The position numbers were made by a program, and so were the translations under genes. From positions 648,487-712,486 of the forward strand of contig NMRA01000012.1 in the NCBI GenBank assembly GCA_002633005.1: a stretch of DNA of 64,000 nt, read 5' to 3'. Positions 14,140-27,609 of the stretch are shown piece after piece. The DNA is from Phoronis australis (Eukaryota; Animalia; Phoronida). The notes beneath the pieces were generated by a model. It was not told the DNA's origin. It did no database searches and worked only from the letters and a program-made list of their open reading frames with translations. Position 1 is the stretch's first letter; each line of letters opens with the position of its first letter.

Positions 14140-14370
14140 TCTTTACGGTGTTTTCCTGTTCCTCCCTACTTGTTCGATTCTATAGCCCAACAAGTTGGGA
14201 AGAATACCCCTGTAGCCAATATCTTACACGACTGATTAACTCCATTCTGGCATTTATGGTTGGAGGGCCAGTTCTCTTTTGGTCGATAATTGCTCTAATC
14301 TCCAGTAAGATCATAGCCTGACTGGGCTGTGCTGCTAAAAAAAGAAAGTTAAGTTATAACATACTTTTGG
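14140..14370. repeat. Interspersed repeat; inverted copy at ~55945-56150
   Basis: Shared blocks ACACGACTGATTAACTCCATTCTGGCATTTATGGTTGGAG and AAAGTTAAGTTATAACATA occur in reverse complement at 55950-56080. Confidence 0.75.
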
Positions 14371-17300
14371 ACATAAACCAATAGCATTTCTGAAATCCTT
14401 GTCAAATGGTGATCATTTTTAGTTTTTGAATTGCCAAAATCGCCCAACTTCAATCGAAGTTACGACAATCCATTCTTCTAATGTGCCAATTCGCTCTGGG
14501 TTTGACTGTGTTCACACGTGGTCTGGTAAATAATTAGCCTGCCCGTTGTCATACCATACATAAGACTGTGCTTGGCAGTTAACAAAGAAGCTAGATGTTA
14601 TCTCACGCTCACAACCCTCTACGTCTGGTAAAGTCACTGAACAAACGCCCGTCGCATGGATGTCGCACTGGCAAGTGCGACCTCCATGCGACGTCATTTG
14701 GCAGTCAAACCAGTCAGACTGGTTTTCGTCTATTACAAAGAGCAAAAAAATGTAGGCGTCACCGCATCAGTTTTTCCGTTACAGCTGACTAAACAGAGGC
14801 ACCTCTGGCAAAATGTGAAATTTACCGAAAAGCTTCCTCTAATTAAATTAATGACTGAAATCCGTTTGAATATGGATAAATTTCAAAGTCAGTTTTATGT
14901 TTGTGTTTCCGGGTTACTGATTTTCAACGTTGGCGTAAATAAACATTTTTCTGGATTGAGAACCTAAAGTTGTAGCATTTTGGCGTTTACAAAAAGTTAC
15001 GTGGTTATTTTTCTTCTTTGTTTCATTTTGATGCCCGTCGAGTTTTATAAGAAATAAGAAGAAACTTTGAGGGGAAAACAGACTTATTTTTTTAGCTATT
15101 TTAGCTCAAACAGCGTCACAGAAGAATGCGCAATTTGTCCATTTCAAGAGCAGATTAATTACAGGATAACGATTATCCAGCTGCATTTCACCAGGGCCCA
15201 GCAGTTGCATAAAAGTTACACGCCGTATAGCAAAGACATCGCATTATTACGCGCCACGTTATTATTGTTGAACAATGCTCCTGACGTCATGCAACAATCA
15301 AACTTCTCCAGCGGATAACTTTGAAGTTTTCTGCAACGTAGCCCTGATGGCTATTATGTTACAATGTTGGAATTGTGAAGTACGTGGAAATTGATGTGAA
15401 CAACCCTAAACAAGAAGTTTCTTTTTTAATAAATCCAAAATTGCCGTGAATAAACATGAAAACAAACGGTTTCTTCTGTAACAGGTATTTCGATTTACTG
15501 TAGAGAAATTGCAGGTTTCATGAAAGATTTCGCGTTATTTAGCCAAATAACGCTGCCGTCTGGTCGCTCGCCCTCAACCGCGTATATCCATGTTCCTGTT
15601 TTCGGCATACCTGTTGCGGAGTTTTGCTTATATCTGTGCAACCGCTTTGCCGATTTCCCAGATACTAAATCAGTCTTTAAACCTGTATTTAGCATGTATA
15701 ATACAACTGTTCTGAGCATAGTTTCATACCCGAAAAAAATGAAAAAGACAGGTTTTAGAGCACTTTCTCTAAAAAATTACGGGGTCATTTTTGATGACCA
15801 TTCCAAAGGTTTCAGAGTTTTGATTATCGCTTTAGAATAGTTAAATGGTTGAAACTAGAGACAACTATACAAAACACAAGACCGATCTTAAGACCGGACT
15901 CACAGTTAAAGAGATTGGTTCACAGCTATTTAGTTGTAGTCAATAGGTATACACATGTGTTGACTGTTAATAAAGTTTGCTTATAAACCACATTTCTTTT
16001 TACTTCATACCCTATATTCTTCAATTATTCGTTTAAAACACGCTCCCACTTCCCCACAAAATTTTGAGAACAGAAAATTTTGAACTTCGGCTATCTTCGG
16101 AAACACGTCACATCCGGAACACATCAGGAATTCCTGACCCGATCACTGCCCAGTCTGTCCATAGGTTTGTACTCTTGGCTGGGACTATCTGGCACAATGT
16201 GTTTGTTAGAATAGGTTTATTGTGCAACTTTTGCCCATTAATTTTCTGAAATGTGACACATATGTACAAGGTCTTGTGTGTTGCCATAAACATTTCACAG
16301 TTAGTAGGGAGTGACCTGATCATTGCAGTGTCAGCCTGACTGAATCCACAGTGTCCATTGCTGTGTGCCAAGAGGAGTACATTTTTCGAATGTAGTCGGA
16401 TTTTTAGATTTAAACTAGAGTAAATATTTGAAGAAGAATGCCTGACCGTTGTGTAGCTGGAGGCTGTGGCAATACGCCAAGGACTGGGGTATCTTTGCAC
16501 AAGTTTGCCACTGTTGCAAGACTGCGTTGCAAGTGAGAATACTTTGCGAAGTCTACGAGTGGAGCATGGCCGTATTCGGTAGTATGCAGCAAATATATTT
16601 CTATGGACTGCTTCTAGAACGACAGCCTGTGATCCGATTACAGTTGTAAACCAGGATGGGTGACCTTTTAGAGAGCATTCAAAACGGCACATGCCGTCGC
16701 TTTCCACAAGCTATTGGGCCTTGAGCTAGTATTAACAAACTAACATTCAAAACGGCGGATAGCATCGACAGACACTGTCGGACAGGATTAGAAGTAACCA
16801 GTAGATTGGTTTTCAGTTTTTGCAACATATCGGTAAGTGTTTGTAGGTGGATGTGCTGAATTGCTTTATGCTCGTTACCTGTCGTTGCAATCCATTGAAT
16901 TTTAGCCTAGTCGATCGCTAGCTGGACTAAATGAACGGTAAAAGAAGGGCTGTCCAACCGATTTTTTTTCGATTTGCAAAAATACTTCAATATAATCGGA
17001 AAGATAATGCATCCCACTCAATAAAAATTGAAAAATTATCAAAATCTGGTTCAGCAGTGCTCATTTATGGCGAAATTTGGGTCACTTGTTTGGACCTGGT
17101 TGGTCATCTTGGACAAGCGGCATAAGTTACGAGTTTAAGACCGTGCATAATTTATTTACACCTACTATTCTGAGCGATTCAATAATTTTCATTGGATTTC
17201 AGCCAAGCAGAAGTAACTTATTGAGTAATAAAAATGCCTACAATTCCCGTTGAACTTGGTCTCATTTCCGGCGGCTCCGACAACATGGCGACTTCTGCTG

Positions 17301-17402
17301 AACTGAAGGGCATGTTCATCGGCTATTTTGTACTTGGTGAAGTTTTAACTTTGATACATTTTGATGAAAGCTGCTACAAAAAGCGACTTTGCAAAATGTT
17401 TN

Positions 17403-18274
17403 ATATAGATTATTACATGGCGAAGTCATTATCCCCCGTTATCTAGAGCCCGAGTGGATTTTGGAGAATTATCGCCCGAGGGGCGTCAGCCCCGAGGGTG
17501 ATAATTCTGCAAAATCCACGAGGGCTCTAGATAAGGGGGATAACGACTGAGAACATGTAATAATCTATTTATACCACATACTAAACGAGAAACATTGCAA
17601 TGAATCTATCTACCTTTCTCGACTCGCCTCGGCATTGTAACTACTTTCTATGTCAGAGGACCGGGGTCGGAGGTCGTGACCTTTTAAGAAAAGCCGAGCT
17701 ATTTTTGTCAAATAATGCTTATACTCAAAACCAATTAGAAATTTAAACAAAATAGAAATGAAGTGAATCTCTAAATTTAGGTTAAGCAACTACTATAGCT
17801 TAAAACACGTTTTTTACACGCTAAGCTTCGACCGGGAAATTATCGTCTGCTAAAGTAGGTTACCACTGGTAACTGAATATAATTCTCAAGTTAAAGATCC
17901 TGACGACACGATACCCGCATTCAAACTGGAGATCGGTGATTTACCAGTAAGAGGACATGAGAGAAAAATTTCACTGAATTAAGATATCGTTTTTATGGAA
18001 ATTATGTCTTATTTTTCATAGCGTATAAGTACAGTACAATGCGGTTTGTTGAACGTGCGATTATTGCGCGTGCTCATTTAAGTATTCTATTTTCACTCTT
18101 GATGACGTCAGTCGCTGCGTGGTGTAATGGTTAAGTCGGCGACCTCCAAACTCTAGGGTACCGGGTTCGACTCCGTCCTCGGTTTCCCGCCAAATCGTTA
18201 TCTCACTAGTGAGATAACTTTATGGGTTATTACACGGTTTTATCTGCCATTTGACGCTAATATTGTGGTATAAA
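17403..18274. mobile_element. Non-autonomous hairpin element, possibly Crypton-like (tyrosine-recombinase mobilised)
   Basis: About 165-bp imperfect palindrome at 17405-17568. TTTATACCACA (17568-17578) is inverted at TGTGGTATAAA (18264-18274). No TSD seen; the left end abuts a single N. Confidence 0.5.
18111..18185 (+). pseudogene. tRNA-derived sequence (Pol III A/B boxes) inside the hairpin element
   Basis: A-box TGGTGTAATGG (18120-18130) and B-box GGTTCGACTCC (18164-18174) at tRNA-like spacing. Stems pair poorly, so this is not a functional tRNA. Confidence 0.5.
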
Positions 18275-19315
18275 AGATTATATCACATATAAACTTTAGT
18301 GTACTGGGATTATTTCAGTTGTGACTTATGTACAGTAGCGGTAACCTTCAACTACCTTGAAAGTCTTTCACTGTAGAAACCAAATAGATAATTCCGACTG
18401 AAAGCACTTGATTTTAATTTGAACAGTGGATTAAATCATAATCGTCCTCTGATTTGTTCTTTGACTTCTACGACTCAGTGAACAAAGCATGGTAGAATTA
18501 AATTGTCGTAATGAATGGCAGAAATAATATGTTCACTGGCATCTTCAGGTAATATTTTTGATGCCTTGGGTTTGTTATTATTTAAATACATTAACACAAG
18601 AATTTAAAAAACTAAGTTCAGAAAACTTCCACTTCAAGTGTCCTTGTAATTCTGTCATTGAGGTTGCCACCTCCACTCAAATTTCAATTATTTTACGTGG
18701 TTAAATTAAAAGGTGACACCCTTTTTACTCACTGCTGAAAATGAAAAAAATTAAAACTGCACTATTTTGTATTAGGCTTGATTATCTGTGATACACTGGT
18801 TTTTACATCTTCTTGGCGTAAAACAATTTAATTATGCCAACAAATGGAGTTGAAATAAACTATCAAATGAAGCAAGCAAAATTTTGGATGGTTTACTTCT
18901 TGTAGCCATTGTAATACACAGCTGTCTTCCTGAACTGACATCAGACAGTTATGTAACCACATATGCCTGGTCTCAGAATTGACTCGGTTGAAGTCGGAAA
19001 AGGTCATTACTGCTCGGTTTTTCTCATTAACCAAACTGTTCAGACGAGAACTGCCCTGTGCAACAGATTCACACAGTCCTATTATTTGTTTTTAAAAGCA
19101 GTTGTTTTGGTGTGAAACTATGTCTTTAAGGCAAGGAATGCGATAAATACCTGGCACTTCTTATCCTCACTCAAAAAATCTTACAGAGTATCTAACTGCA
19201 TAATAATGAAATTTTTAATTCCCAAGAAATGGTGTCCTTGTTCACCACTACCCCAATTGACGCTGCTCTAGATCTTATCGGCGACAGATAACATCTAGAT
19301 TGACAGTCAACTTAA

Positions 19316-21013
19316 AGGAGAATGCCACCCGATTTAATTACTCTTTTTTGCCGTCTTAATCGGTCTATATCCACATCGCCTCGCACACGGTCAATCTTAC
19401 CTTGCCAAGAGGTGTCGCGTTAACCTGTGAGGAAGTTGAGAAACGACGCTAGCGACGTCAGTGGTTCATATGCAGAGTGAATGCCGCTATGTTGCGGTGC
19501 ATCGTTCCCGATTGTCCGAACTAAGCAGCTGCGAGGAAAGGGGTTATATCGTTTTTTTTACTTTCTCGAGAGTCCGAAATGCTTAGGAAGTGGCTCATGG
19601 TAATGAAGAATGAAATGTACGCTGTAAATAGCAAGTATGAGGCCGTGAAACATCTCCGTGTCTGCGGCCTGCAGACGTCCACGGTCGACAGTGCCTGACG
19701 AATACCGGCTTACCAAATAACTCCATACGTTCAGTTGTCTGAGCTTGTTCACGGCGCCTCTCCAGTATCTCTTCATCACTGTACTCCTGTTCGAATTGAT
19801 AGCCTGTAAAACTTAACGATCCACCTGCAAAGTCGGGACTGATGAGCTCTAGCTCGTCCTAAGTCGGGATTGCGAGTTTCCATGTTGGCCGTTTATTACT
19901 GAGCGTACTGTTTCAAACTGAATTATTCTCACCCTAACCAATACTTATATAAAACTGAAACAAAGTCTGTCTCATTAGATGCAGTTTGTAATGCCTTTGG
20001 AGTGTTCGTGAGTGCAAATGATTTGAGAAGCCAGCAATGAATAAATCACTGCGTTACCGGTTTTAGGTGCAATAAAACTAATTGACGGGACACCGAGGCC
20101 GTGTGAGCTCATGCTGATTTAGTGTTTGCTGGCAGAAACTGTTGTGAAACAACTCGATTTCCATCCCACGGCCAGGTGTTAGGGGAATCTTTATTTACAT
20201 TTACATTACTCAAATAATGATTGTCAATGTACAACTTCTGCCCTGACGGTGCTGTGTCCAAAGCGGAACCTGAATTCGCGCGGCTCCCTACGAGTAAGTA
20301 GATTTGCAGTTTCGTGGCTAATTCACCAACATAATCGCGTGCACATTACTTTGGCTCACTATAGTATAGTACTTTCTTGACTGGAAGTTTAGTTTCCACT
20401 GAACTTTGGCTGGTTTATGTTCGTGATGTCTGATCAGTTTCCGAGCCACTTAGGGCCGGTATAAAGCTGAGTCAATCCGGCCGGCCGCGACGGGCCTGAT
20501 CGGGCTCCGAGCCACTGGCCAGGATAACAGGCGTTTTGTGTTTAGAACTCAAAAAATCACGAGTCTAAACAACACAGATCTAGGTTCTCCTGTCTGTATC
20601 TCACGGAAAATACTTCGAAATTATCTCCGAACAGACCTCAAACTCCTGCTATGGACCTTTTTGGCCTGCCGAACTTTGTAGGCTACGATATGTCCAAATA
20701 CCAATAAATCCGTAAGAGCGAAATAAAACAACACGTTTTTATAAGAACTCGGTGTATTTTTAAGGGTTTTACATCGAAGTTTGATGATTTATTGGTGTTT
20801 AACGATGACTTCAAGCGATAAGCTTACACCAGTAACCCGTGTTGTGAACTGCTGAACAGACTGCGTGTGAAACTGATGACGTCATTTGATAATTTGAACA
20901 CCTCCGTCTGCCGTCAGGTGTCAGGTAACGTAACCGTACGTGTCGTTATGGAGTCAGAACTACTCGATCTAAATTGAAACAAATTAGGTTGTTTTCTTTG
21001 GGAGCATGCTCCT
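19316..21013 (+). mobile_element. Kolobok-like family 1, full-length non-autonomous copy (~1.7 kb)
   Basis: TTAA|AGGAGAATGCCACCC ... GGGAGCATGCTCCT|TTAA. Decayed THAP at ~19480-19700. No transposase core. Confidence 0.85.
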
Positions 21014-21017
21014 TTAA

Positions 21018-22320
21018 ATCCCTCACGAGACTTGGTGTGGAAGACATTGCCAGATTATTAAGTTTTGTCTTAACTACCACGTATTTTACATTTCAAGGGA
21101 AACTCTACAGACAAAAATTCGGCTCTGCGATGGGCAGCCCAGTGACACCAGTGGTTGCAACTATTTACATGGAATTTCTTGAGAACAAAGCTATCACCAC
21201 AGCCTCGGTGGAATGTAAACCCTTTCTGTGGACGATGATTTAGAAATTGTGAAACGGGGGACAAGTTGATAACTTAACTGATCATTTGAAGAAAAGGAAA
21301 CCCCCCTGATAACATAAAGTTTACCTCTGAAGCAAAGCACTGTGGAGGGCTAGATTCCGTTTTTAGACACTCTCATTATTAGGAAGGACGATGGTAGCCT
21401 TAGACTGCTAGTGTATTGTAAACCCACCCACACGAAAAATATCTTCACTTTAACTCGTATCATCCTCTTCACCATAAGACTGGAGTAATAAAAACTTTGT
21501 TTGAATTCTCTAGAAGTATAACAACACATGATGAAGATAGGGTTGTGGAAGAAAAACATATAGAAGATGCGTTATAAATGCGGTTATCCCACGTGGTCGA
21601 TCAACAAGGTGAAACAGACAGACGCTATCCAACGTGGACTCTATCGAGAGTAATCGTTAACCGGAAGATGAGAGAAAAGGCAATGTCGTCATCCCGTACG
21701 TTAAAGATATTTCGGAATCTGCACAACGTGTGTTCAGACAATATGGCACAGCCAGTGCCATGAAGCCGCTTGAGACCACCAGGAACATCTTAGTTCATCC
21801 CAAGGACAGAATAAGTGAGGATAAGAAATGCAAGTGTATTTATCGCATTCATTGCCTTAACTATAGGTCCCTATACATCGGTGAAACTGGGCGAGAGTTT
21901 TCAGTCAGGCTTAACGAACATTGAAAGGAGGTGGATGAGCTATCTCAGAGTAGAGTCACAAGTTCAGAGAGGAAAAGGTGTCATTAACAAATGTGCAGTG
22001 ACTGTTCATGCTCTTGGTTTTAATAAACAGGGATGATGCTTTTACTGTTGAGTCGGAAAATAATTTAAGATCTAAACGTCTATCTTGGTCACAAAAAGTG
22101 GTTCAGTTATGAACAGGGACGATGGAGGGTAAAAGTTGTCTAAAATTTGGAACAGCCAAATCACCACACCACCTAGTGTCCAATAACTTCGAAAGATAGC
22201 TGGTGATAGGAGCCGAAACTGTCAAGGAGACAAGGAGGTACTGTTTTTCTGGTTGTACTCTATCAACTTTATGAAATTATTGAATGACATCCTGAACTAT
22301 GAACCTGCATAGCGATAGCA
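21018..22320 (+). mobile_element. Degenerate Penelope-like retroelement (RT plus GIY-YIG)
   Basis: TTYFTFQGKLYRQKFGSAMGSPVTP, IPFLD...VYCKPTHT and CIYRIHC...YIGETGR...RLNEH, with stops and frameshifts. Confidence 0.9.
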
Positions 22321-22448
22321 CTGCTCACCCAGGCTGACCGCAACTGATGGGCAAATTAATGTTACCACGTACATTGGTTGGTCTACTCACTTAGCCTGTC
22401 CGCAGCCTGTCTTCTCACTTGTGTTATCGCCCTGCTGGCGGTTATGTG

Positions 22449-25400
22449 CAGTGCTGTAGTGGTAAAATTAGAGGTAAGTTGGCGCCCAGAGCCCAACGCA
22501 TCACCTTGAGCACTGAACGTAACTTACTGTACGTAGGCGCTACGTTCAAATGCCAAAAGGTGGTTGGCTGCGCCTACATGCACGTACGCCCCACTACAGC
22601 ATTGCCCTACTCACAAAAATGTAGGCCTATTTTTTACTCATGAGTATTTAGAGTATGTAGTAGCTGATCTAGGATATCGGGGAAAGGGGATCCAACCACA
22701 CATATTCGAAGGCAAAAGTAACGCCTAGAAATGAAATTTGGTGGCGATTTTTAGTCGCCCGTGGGGGCGTGTCCTCGCGGCACTTCGATCTCCCTTTATC
22801 CACCTATGTTGTGATGCAACAAATGTTACTTTATCTTGAAATGTTAATAAAAAAAATTCATTACTAGGTGAGATTATGTTACTACGTACTCTTCAAAGAC
22901 TATTTACACGAATGCGATGTTACACAAGCACTGAAATTTTAATGAGCTGAACAAATAGTATGCACAATACGCACACATGCATGCGTTAATGTATAATGCA
23001 CCAACTTAAAGTGTGGGTTTCTTGCAAGCAACTGTTCTTATTTTTTAAAGTTTGCAAAATACTAGGTACTAGTGACCAGTCCAAAGATAGAGTGCTTAGT
23101 TACAGAATCCTCCACAAACTTATTTTATCGTCAGGTTTTATTCTTTTCCAAGTCACATGATCTCGATTGAGAACTATCAGCTGTTCTGTGTTGTCGAATC
23201 CATGTTTCGGCATAAGGTTGTGGGTCGAACATGGAAAGCGGGGGACCATTGACCTTGCCAAAAAGCAAGCTGGAGGTGGTTTCTTATAGCAAACAAGAGC
23301 GACAGACTGCTACAATCCGATTCATTTCGCTGAATCCTCGTTCACATTCAGCTGTACTGCAACGAACAGTCTTAATACAGAGGTCCAGTTGTCGGAGAGC
23401 ACTTGGTAGGTTGTTCACTCTAACCGTTTCCTCCATTTCTATGAACTCGCGCATTCCCCTGATTGCCGATGTCAGTGGCAACCAGCCCAAACCGTTCGCA
23501 AATCCGCCTGACTTCGTGCTTGCCATGTCTTATCCCGGATCCCATCGGCCACGTTTTGGGTTCCTAGATGCCCAGACTAGAACAAAATGACTGCTCATCA
23601 TTGTCAAGTAAACGCCGTTCCAGGTTCACAACAATACTTTGAATATACTGACCAGGGTGTATGGTCACGGTAGTTCCTTTAAGGGTTTCCTTGTGTTCCA
23701 GTGACCCAAACCTCTTCTCTTTAATGCATGTCAGTGCAGTGGCTAATGCCTGCCCGGGATTATCAACCATAGACTTGAGGACGCGAACCGTCCGACGAAT
23801 AAGCTTGTTTGCTGGCGGTATTGTTGTGGTTCTGCACTGTAGATCCACAGAAAGGCTTGACAGCTCTTCTAGCACATCATGCATCAGCGCAAGATTCTGA
23901 ATGAAGGTGGGACTTTCCAAGTATCGCAGTAATCCCCCCAAAAATACTCCGATCACTTGAATGACGGTTTCTGTCTTCACTGGCTAACTCTAAAGCAGTG
24001 CCATGTCAAAAGTCTAGGGAAGCGTTCGCGTAATCTTGTTGCAACTCCAGAATGTTTTCCTGTTAAGACACTGGCGCCGTCACTTGCAAATGCAACGAGA
24101 TGCTCTTGTAAATATTCCATCGTAAAACCACAGTGTTGTAGACTGTTACGGAGGGACGCTTCGTTGGATTCGGCATTTTGTCGTTCAAGCTGGACAAGGT
24201 CAAGTATTACAAAAAGTGGATCGCTACCACCAATAGATGCTCTTATGTAAATGATCAGTGCGCTTAATTTGCTTACCGTTGTCGCTTGAACGACTAACAC
24301 AGCTATCTTTCTATTTTATGCTTTAACTGTACCGACGATTTTTTCGCGCATTTGCTTGGTTATGTGCTTGATTAGGGACGTTGCACTGAAACGAGAAGGG
24401 AGCGTAACACCCAAATTCAAACCATTCAGTTTTTGAAGGTTTTTGAGGTGCTCGTGATCGATTTATTTGAATAAGTGAATATGCTGTTCTGAAGACTTTT
24501 TCCGTTGTGTTGTGCTCATGAGCTGCAACTTTAACCAATGTATTTTCAATTGCTCTTTTACTTATCGTTTCGTCAATACTTTGAGCAATGTTGTGGGCTT
24601 TAGAGCTCATATGACGACTGATTTTACTCCTGAACGACTTTAGTTTAACCAGTCGGGAATCTCCAGCTGCTTCTATCAGAAACTGAGTCCACTCCGAATA
24701 TATTGATACGCCACTTTCTTTCATCAAACCTAGGTCTAGTACAGTATAGCAAGAAACGCAACCCAGCTTTCCATCCTAGTGTTCCAACCAGGGATACTTT
24801 TTCTTGAATTCCATCCACTGATCGTAATTCCACACGCTTGGACACTGTGACGAGTCATTATCTGGATCACCTGCAGATATTTCCGTTTCAGACGTGGAGG
24901 GATCCGTTTCAGGAATACTAGTTTCAGCAAATAAGTCACTTTCAGTAGGAGGATTTGGTCCCTTGCTTTCAGATCTCGGCATCTTCTTAAAATATTTTAG
25001 TACCGATTGGCAACCATCTGATTGTCGTTTCATAGCGGCACAAAATTTAAAAGACCTCAATTAAACTTATAATTCGGCAACAATGGTTCGTCTCGTTTGG
25101 ACGAGTGCATTACAATGACCAGCGTCAGGAACCGCGTGCACTTCAAAGAGCAAAGTAAGACTGGTGCTGTTTTTAATGTTTGCCAATACCTCATCGAAGC
25201 ATGCCTGGTGGTCGCGCGCGCCGAAATGTTCGGCAACAATGCTGCCGTCAGCGTAGCAGCGCATCGATGCCGTAAGCTAATCGTTTCAATACTACGCCCC
25301 ACATAACCGTCACGTACGGCGCGTTTAGGCGCTACCTTAAAATTTAGAAAGGTGGTTGGCTGCGCCTACGTGCGCCTACGCCCACTATACCGTATCTTAC

Positions 25401-25477
25401 GGTGGGTAGGCGCTACACTAAAAAACAAAAAGGTGGTTGGCTGCGCCTACGTGCGCCTACCCCCCACTACAGCACTG
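22449..25477 (-). mobile_element. hAT DNA transposon, full termini, 8-bp TSD GTTATGTG
   Basis: TIR CAGTGCTGTAGTGG at 22449 and its complement ending at 25477. GTTATGTG at 22441-48 and 25478-85. Subterminal repeats GGTGGTTGGCTGCGCCTAC. Confidence 0.92.
23100..25033 (-). pseudogene. Frameshifted ZNF862-like hAT transposase
   Basis: ORF pieces QWMEFKKKYPWLE, FRTAY, FASDGASVLTGKHSGVATRL...WHC and STAECERGFSEMN (hAT dimerisation motif). Confidence 0.88.
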
Positions 25478-27340
25478 GTTATGTGTACCCATCTGTTAGC
25501 CCATATTGCAGTTTTTGTACTGGTACTTAGTTACTTTTGCTGTTTTGCTCAAGTCCATTTCTATTCTATTGGTAGGCCAATCGACCATTACCCATCTGAC
25601 ATCGTGTGACATCCGGTACTCACTAGCAAGGTACGCATTCGTTCTGTCCTACCTATCTGGTACCTGAACGTTTACTGTTATATGGGGGCACCTAGCCTTT
25701 AATATGGGGGGNNNNTTTTTGCTCACTTCGCCAAATGGGGGGGGGGGCGCATGTGCTGTTTGTATACTGTACGCATTTGTTACGTACCACCACTTCTGTA
25801 TAAAGCCGTGAACCAGAAGTTGCCAACACACATCAAATAAACTTCACCAAACCGCTCTCTTGTGTTATTTCTCCCTAATTTCATAATAACAATCATTTCT
25901 AAGTACTATTATTTTCGTTTTATTCACATTGACAGTCCATTTTTGCAGTACCTTTCTTTGGCCAACTAGTCTATTATGAATGACATGTTAGCAGAGCAGA
26001 GGATCATTATGTTGCAATCCAGGTATGTTTTGAAACATCATTCCAAATTTCTTTGAAAACTGCGACACAAACAGCACTGGGCATTACGTGCGTCCAGTAA
26101 ATATTCATAATCTTCAGTCACTCGAATCATCTATAGATTAAAACGCTAAAAAAGCCCGGATGTTGCCCAATTGGAGTTCCTCGAACAAAAACAACTCGAA
26201 AGCCGCCGAGTGGACATCCGCCCCCACCCGAAGCCTCTTGCTCTTTTGCGCCGGGTTTTGAGGCTGCAAAATCTCGAATTGTTTTTTTTCTTTATCTTAC
26301 TGGGTCCTAGGCTTCAGTCCATCGAGTGATTCGGCGAACGCGCTTCTTTCTCGAAATCAAATTGTTCCGGGGTATTCGTCTGCTGACTGCGTTTTCGTTT
26401 TCGCCTCATAGGTTGCGTGCTCAATATTCGGCGGCGACAGAAATCAAAGAAACGATGTAAACGTTGAATAATTGTCCGAAATTCTAGTCAAACGAATGCG
26501 CGGCCACGGCATTTTACGCGCACCTGTTCGCCGCCGCGTACCAGTGTGCTGCGGTCGCGTCTATTCACATACTGAGAAGCCATGACGACTGGACTGAGCG
26601 AGTTCCTCGCTTATTCTTCCTGTTAAAAATACTTTTAGATTAGAGGTAAGTGATCAATGTCCCAACCTTTATTTCTGTTAGTGCAGTGCCACAGATATAT
26701 GTCCACTTTTCGTCCATTTTTGCAAAAAGCGAACCGAGGTCGTGCGCTGTCACGCCGGGTTTTTCCTGGCTTTGTCTTCCTACTAGCCCACTGTGTCAAC
26801 TGTTCAAATGTATTGTGTTTACCCGCTTAAATCATTCATTTCGGCGTTTGTTATGCAAACCCTGGTGTGGAATCAGTCCTGCTCTCGAATATTATGGTCA
26901 TAAATAGTAGTCGATCACCACATTTTGCTTTTTGGGTTCAAACTCACTTATAAACAAAAGTGTTTGAGGTGTCCCGCATCAGGTCAGGTGCTTACCCAAG
27001 TCAACCGAGATAACAGTCATTAGTTAACTTGACAGAATATTTCGAAACCGTTGCCGGTATTAACCCTTTGCCTATAGGAAAAAATAACATCACCTGGGCA
27101 CTTTCTTTTAATGGCTAAAAGTTTTTGTTTCGTGTAGTAAACGTGAGTCAGTGAAAGTGGCGTCGTTGGACAGTTCTAAATCATTTTAATCCAGAACGAG
27201 GTCAAACCAAAAAATTAGGTCTGAAGACAGAAATTAAGCCACGGAATATCTCCCCCACAGGGAAGCAATAAAAAGAAAACAACTTTGCAGATACCTTATG
27301 ACACTACACTAAACACCGTAACCATAAAGTAGTTTCCTTT

Positions 27341-27485
27341 GCAGGCCTCGACACCAAGTCTTATAAGTCACATAGTTTTTGCACTGGCGCGGCCACATTA
27401 GCAGCCAGCCGTGGCGTTTCTGAACCGGTGATCCGGCGCATGGGGCGCTGGAAATCTGGTGCACTAAAAACTACATTCGCATATC
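27341..27485 (+). mobile_element. C-terminal tyrosine recombinase fragment of a DIRS/Ngaro retroelement
   Basis: AGLDTKSYKSHSFCTGAATLAASRGVSEPVIRRMGRWKSGALK(N)YIR matches HSFRIGAAT...GRWxS...YIR, with the catalytic Arg mutated. Confidence 0.8.
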
Positions 27486-27609
27486 TGCTTTTTCCTCTTA
27501 ACCCAGCTTCCTCAACTCCTGGCGAGTCTGTTGTTGCAGTTCCCCATTTCTCTCCCTTTACTTTTCAGCCCCTCCCGCTACTCTGGGTCTGTGGTTTCAA
27601 CACCCCAGG

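Larger units (their letters stand above)
15910..19125 (+). mobile_element. Kolobok-like family 2 element, second copy
   Basis: TTAA at 15906-09 and 19126-29. THAP remnant from 16438: MPDRCVAGGCGNTPRTGVSLHKF...K*EYF...W...VCSKYISMDCF. Carries an extra insertion at 17403-18274. Confidence 0.8.

Noticed and set aside
16108-16707. 199-aa minus-strand ORF
   Set aside because: It is the antisense of the decayed THAP region within a repeat and is not conserved as one frame in the paralogous copy.
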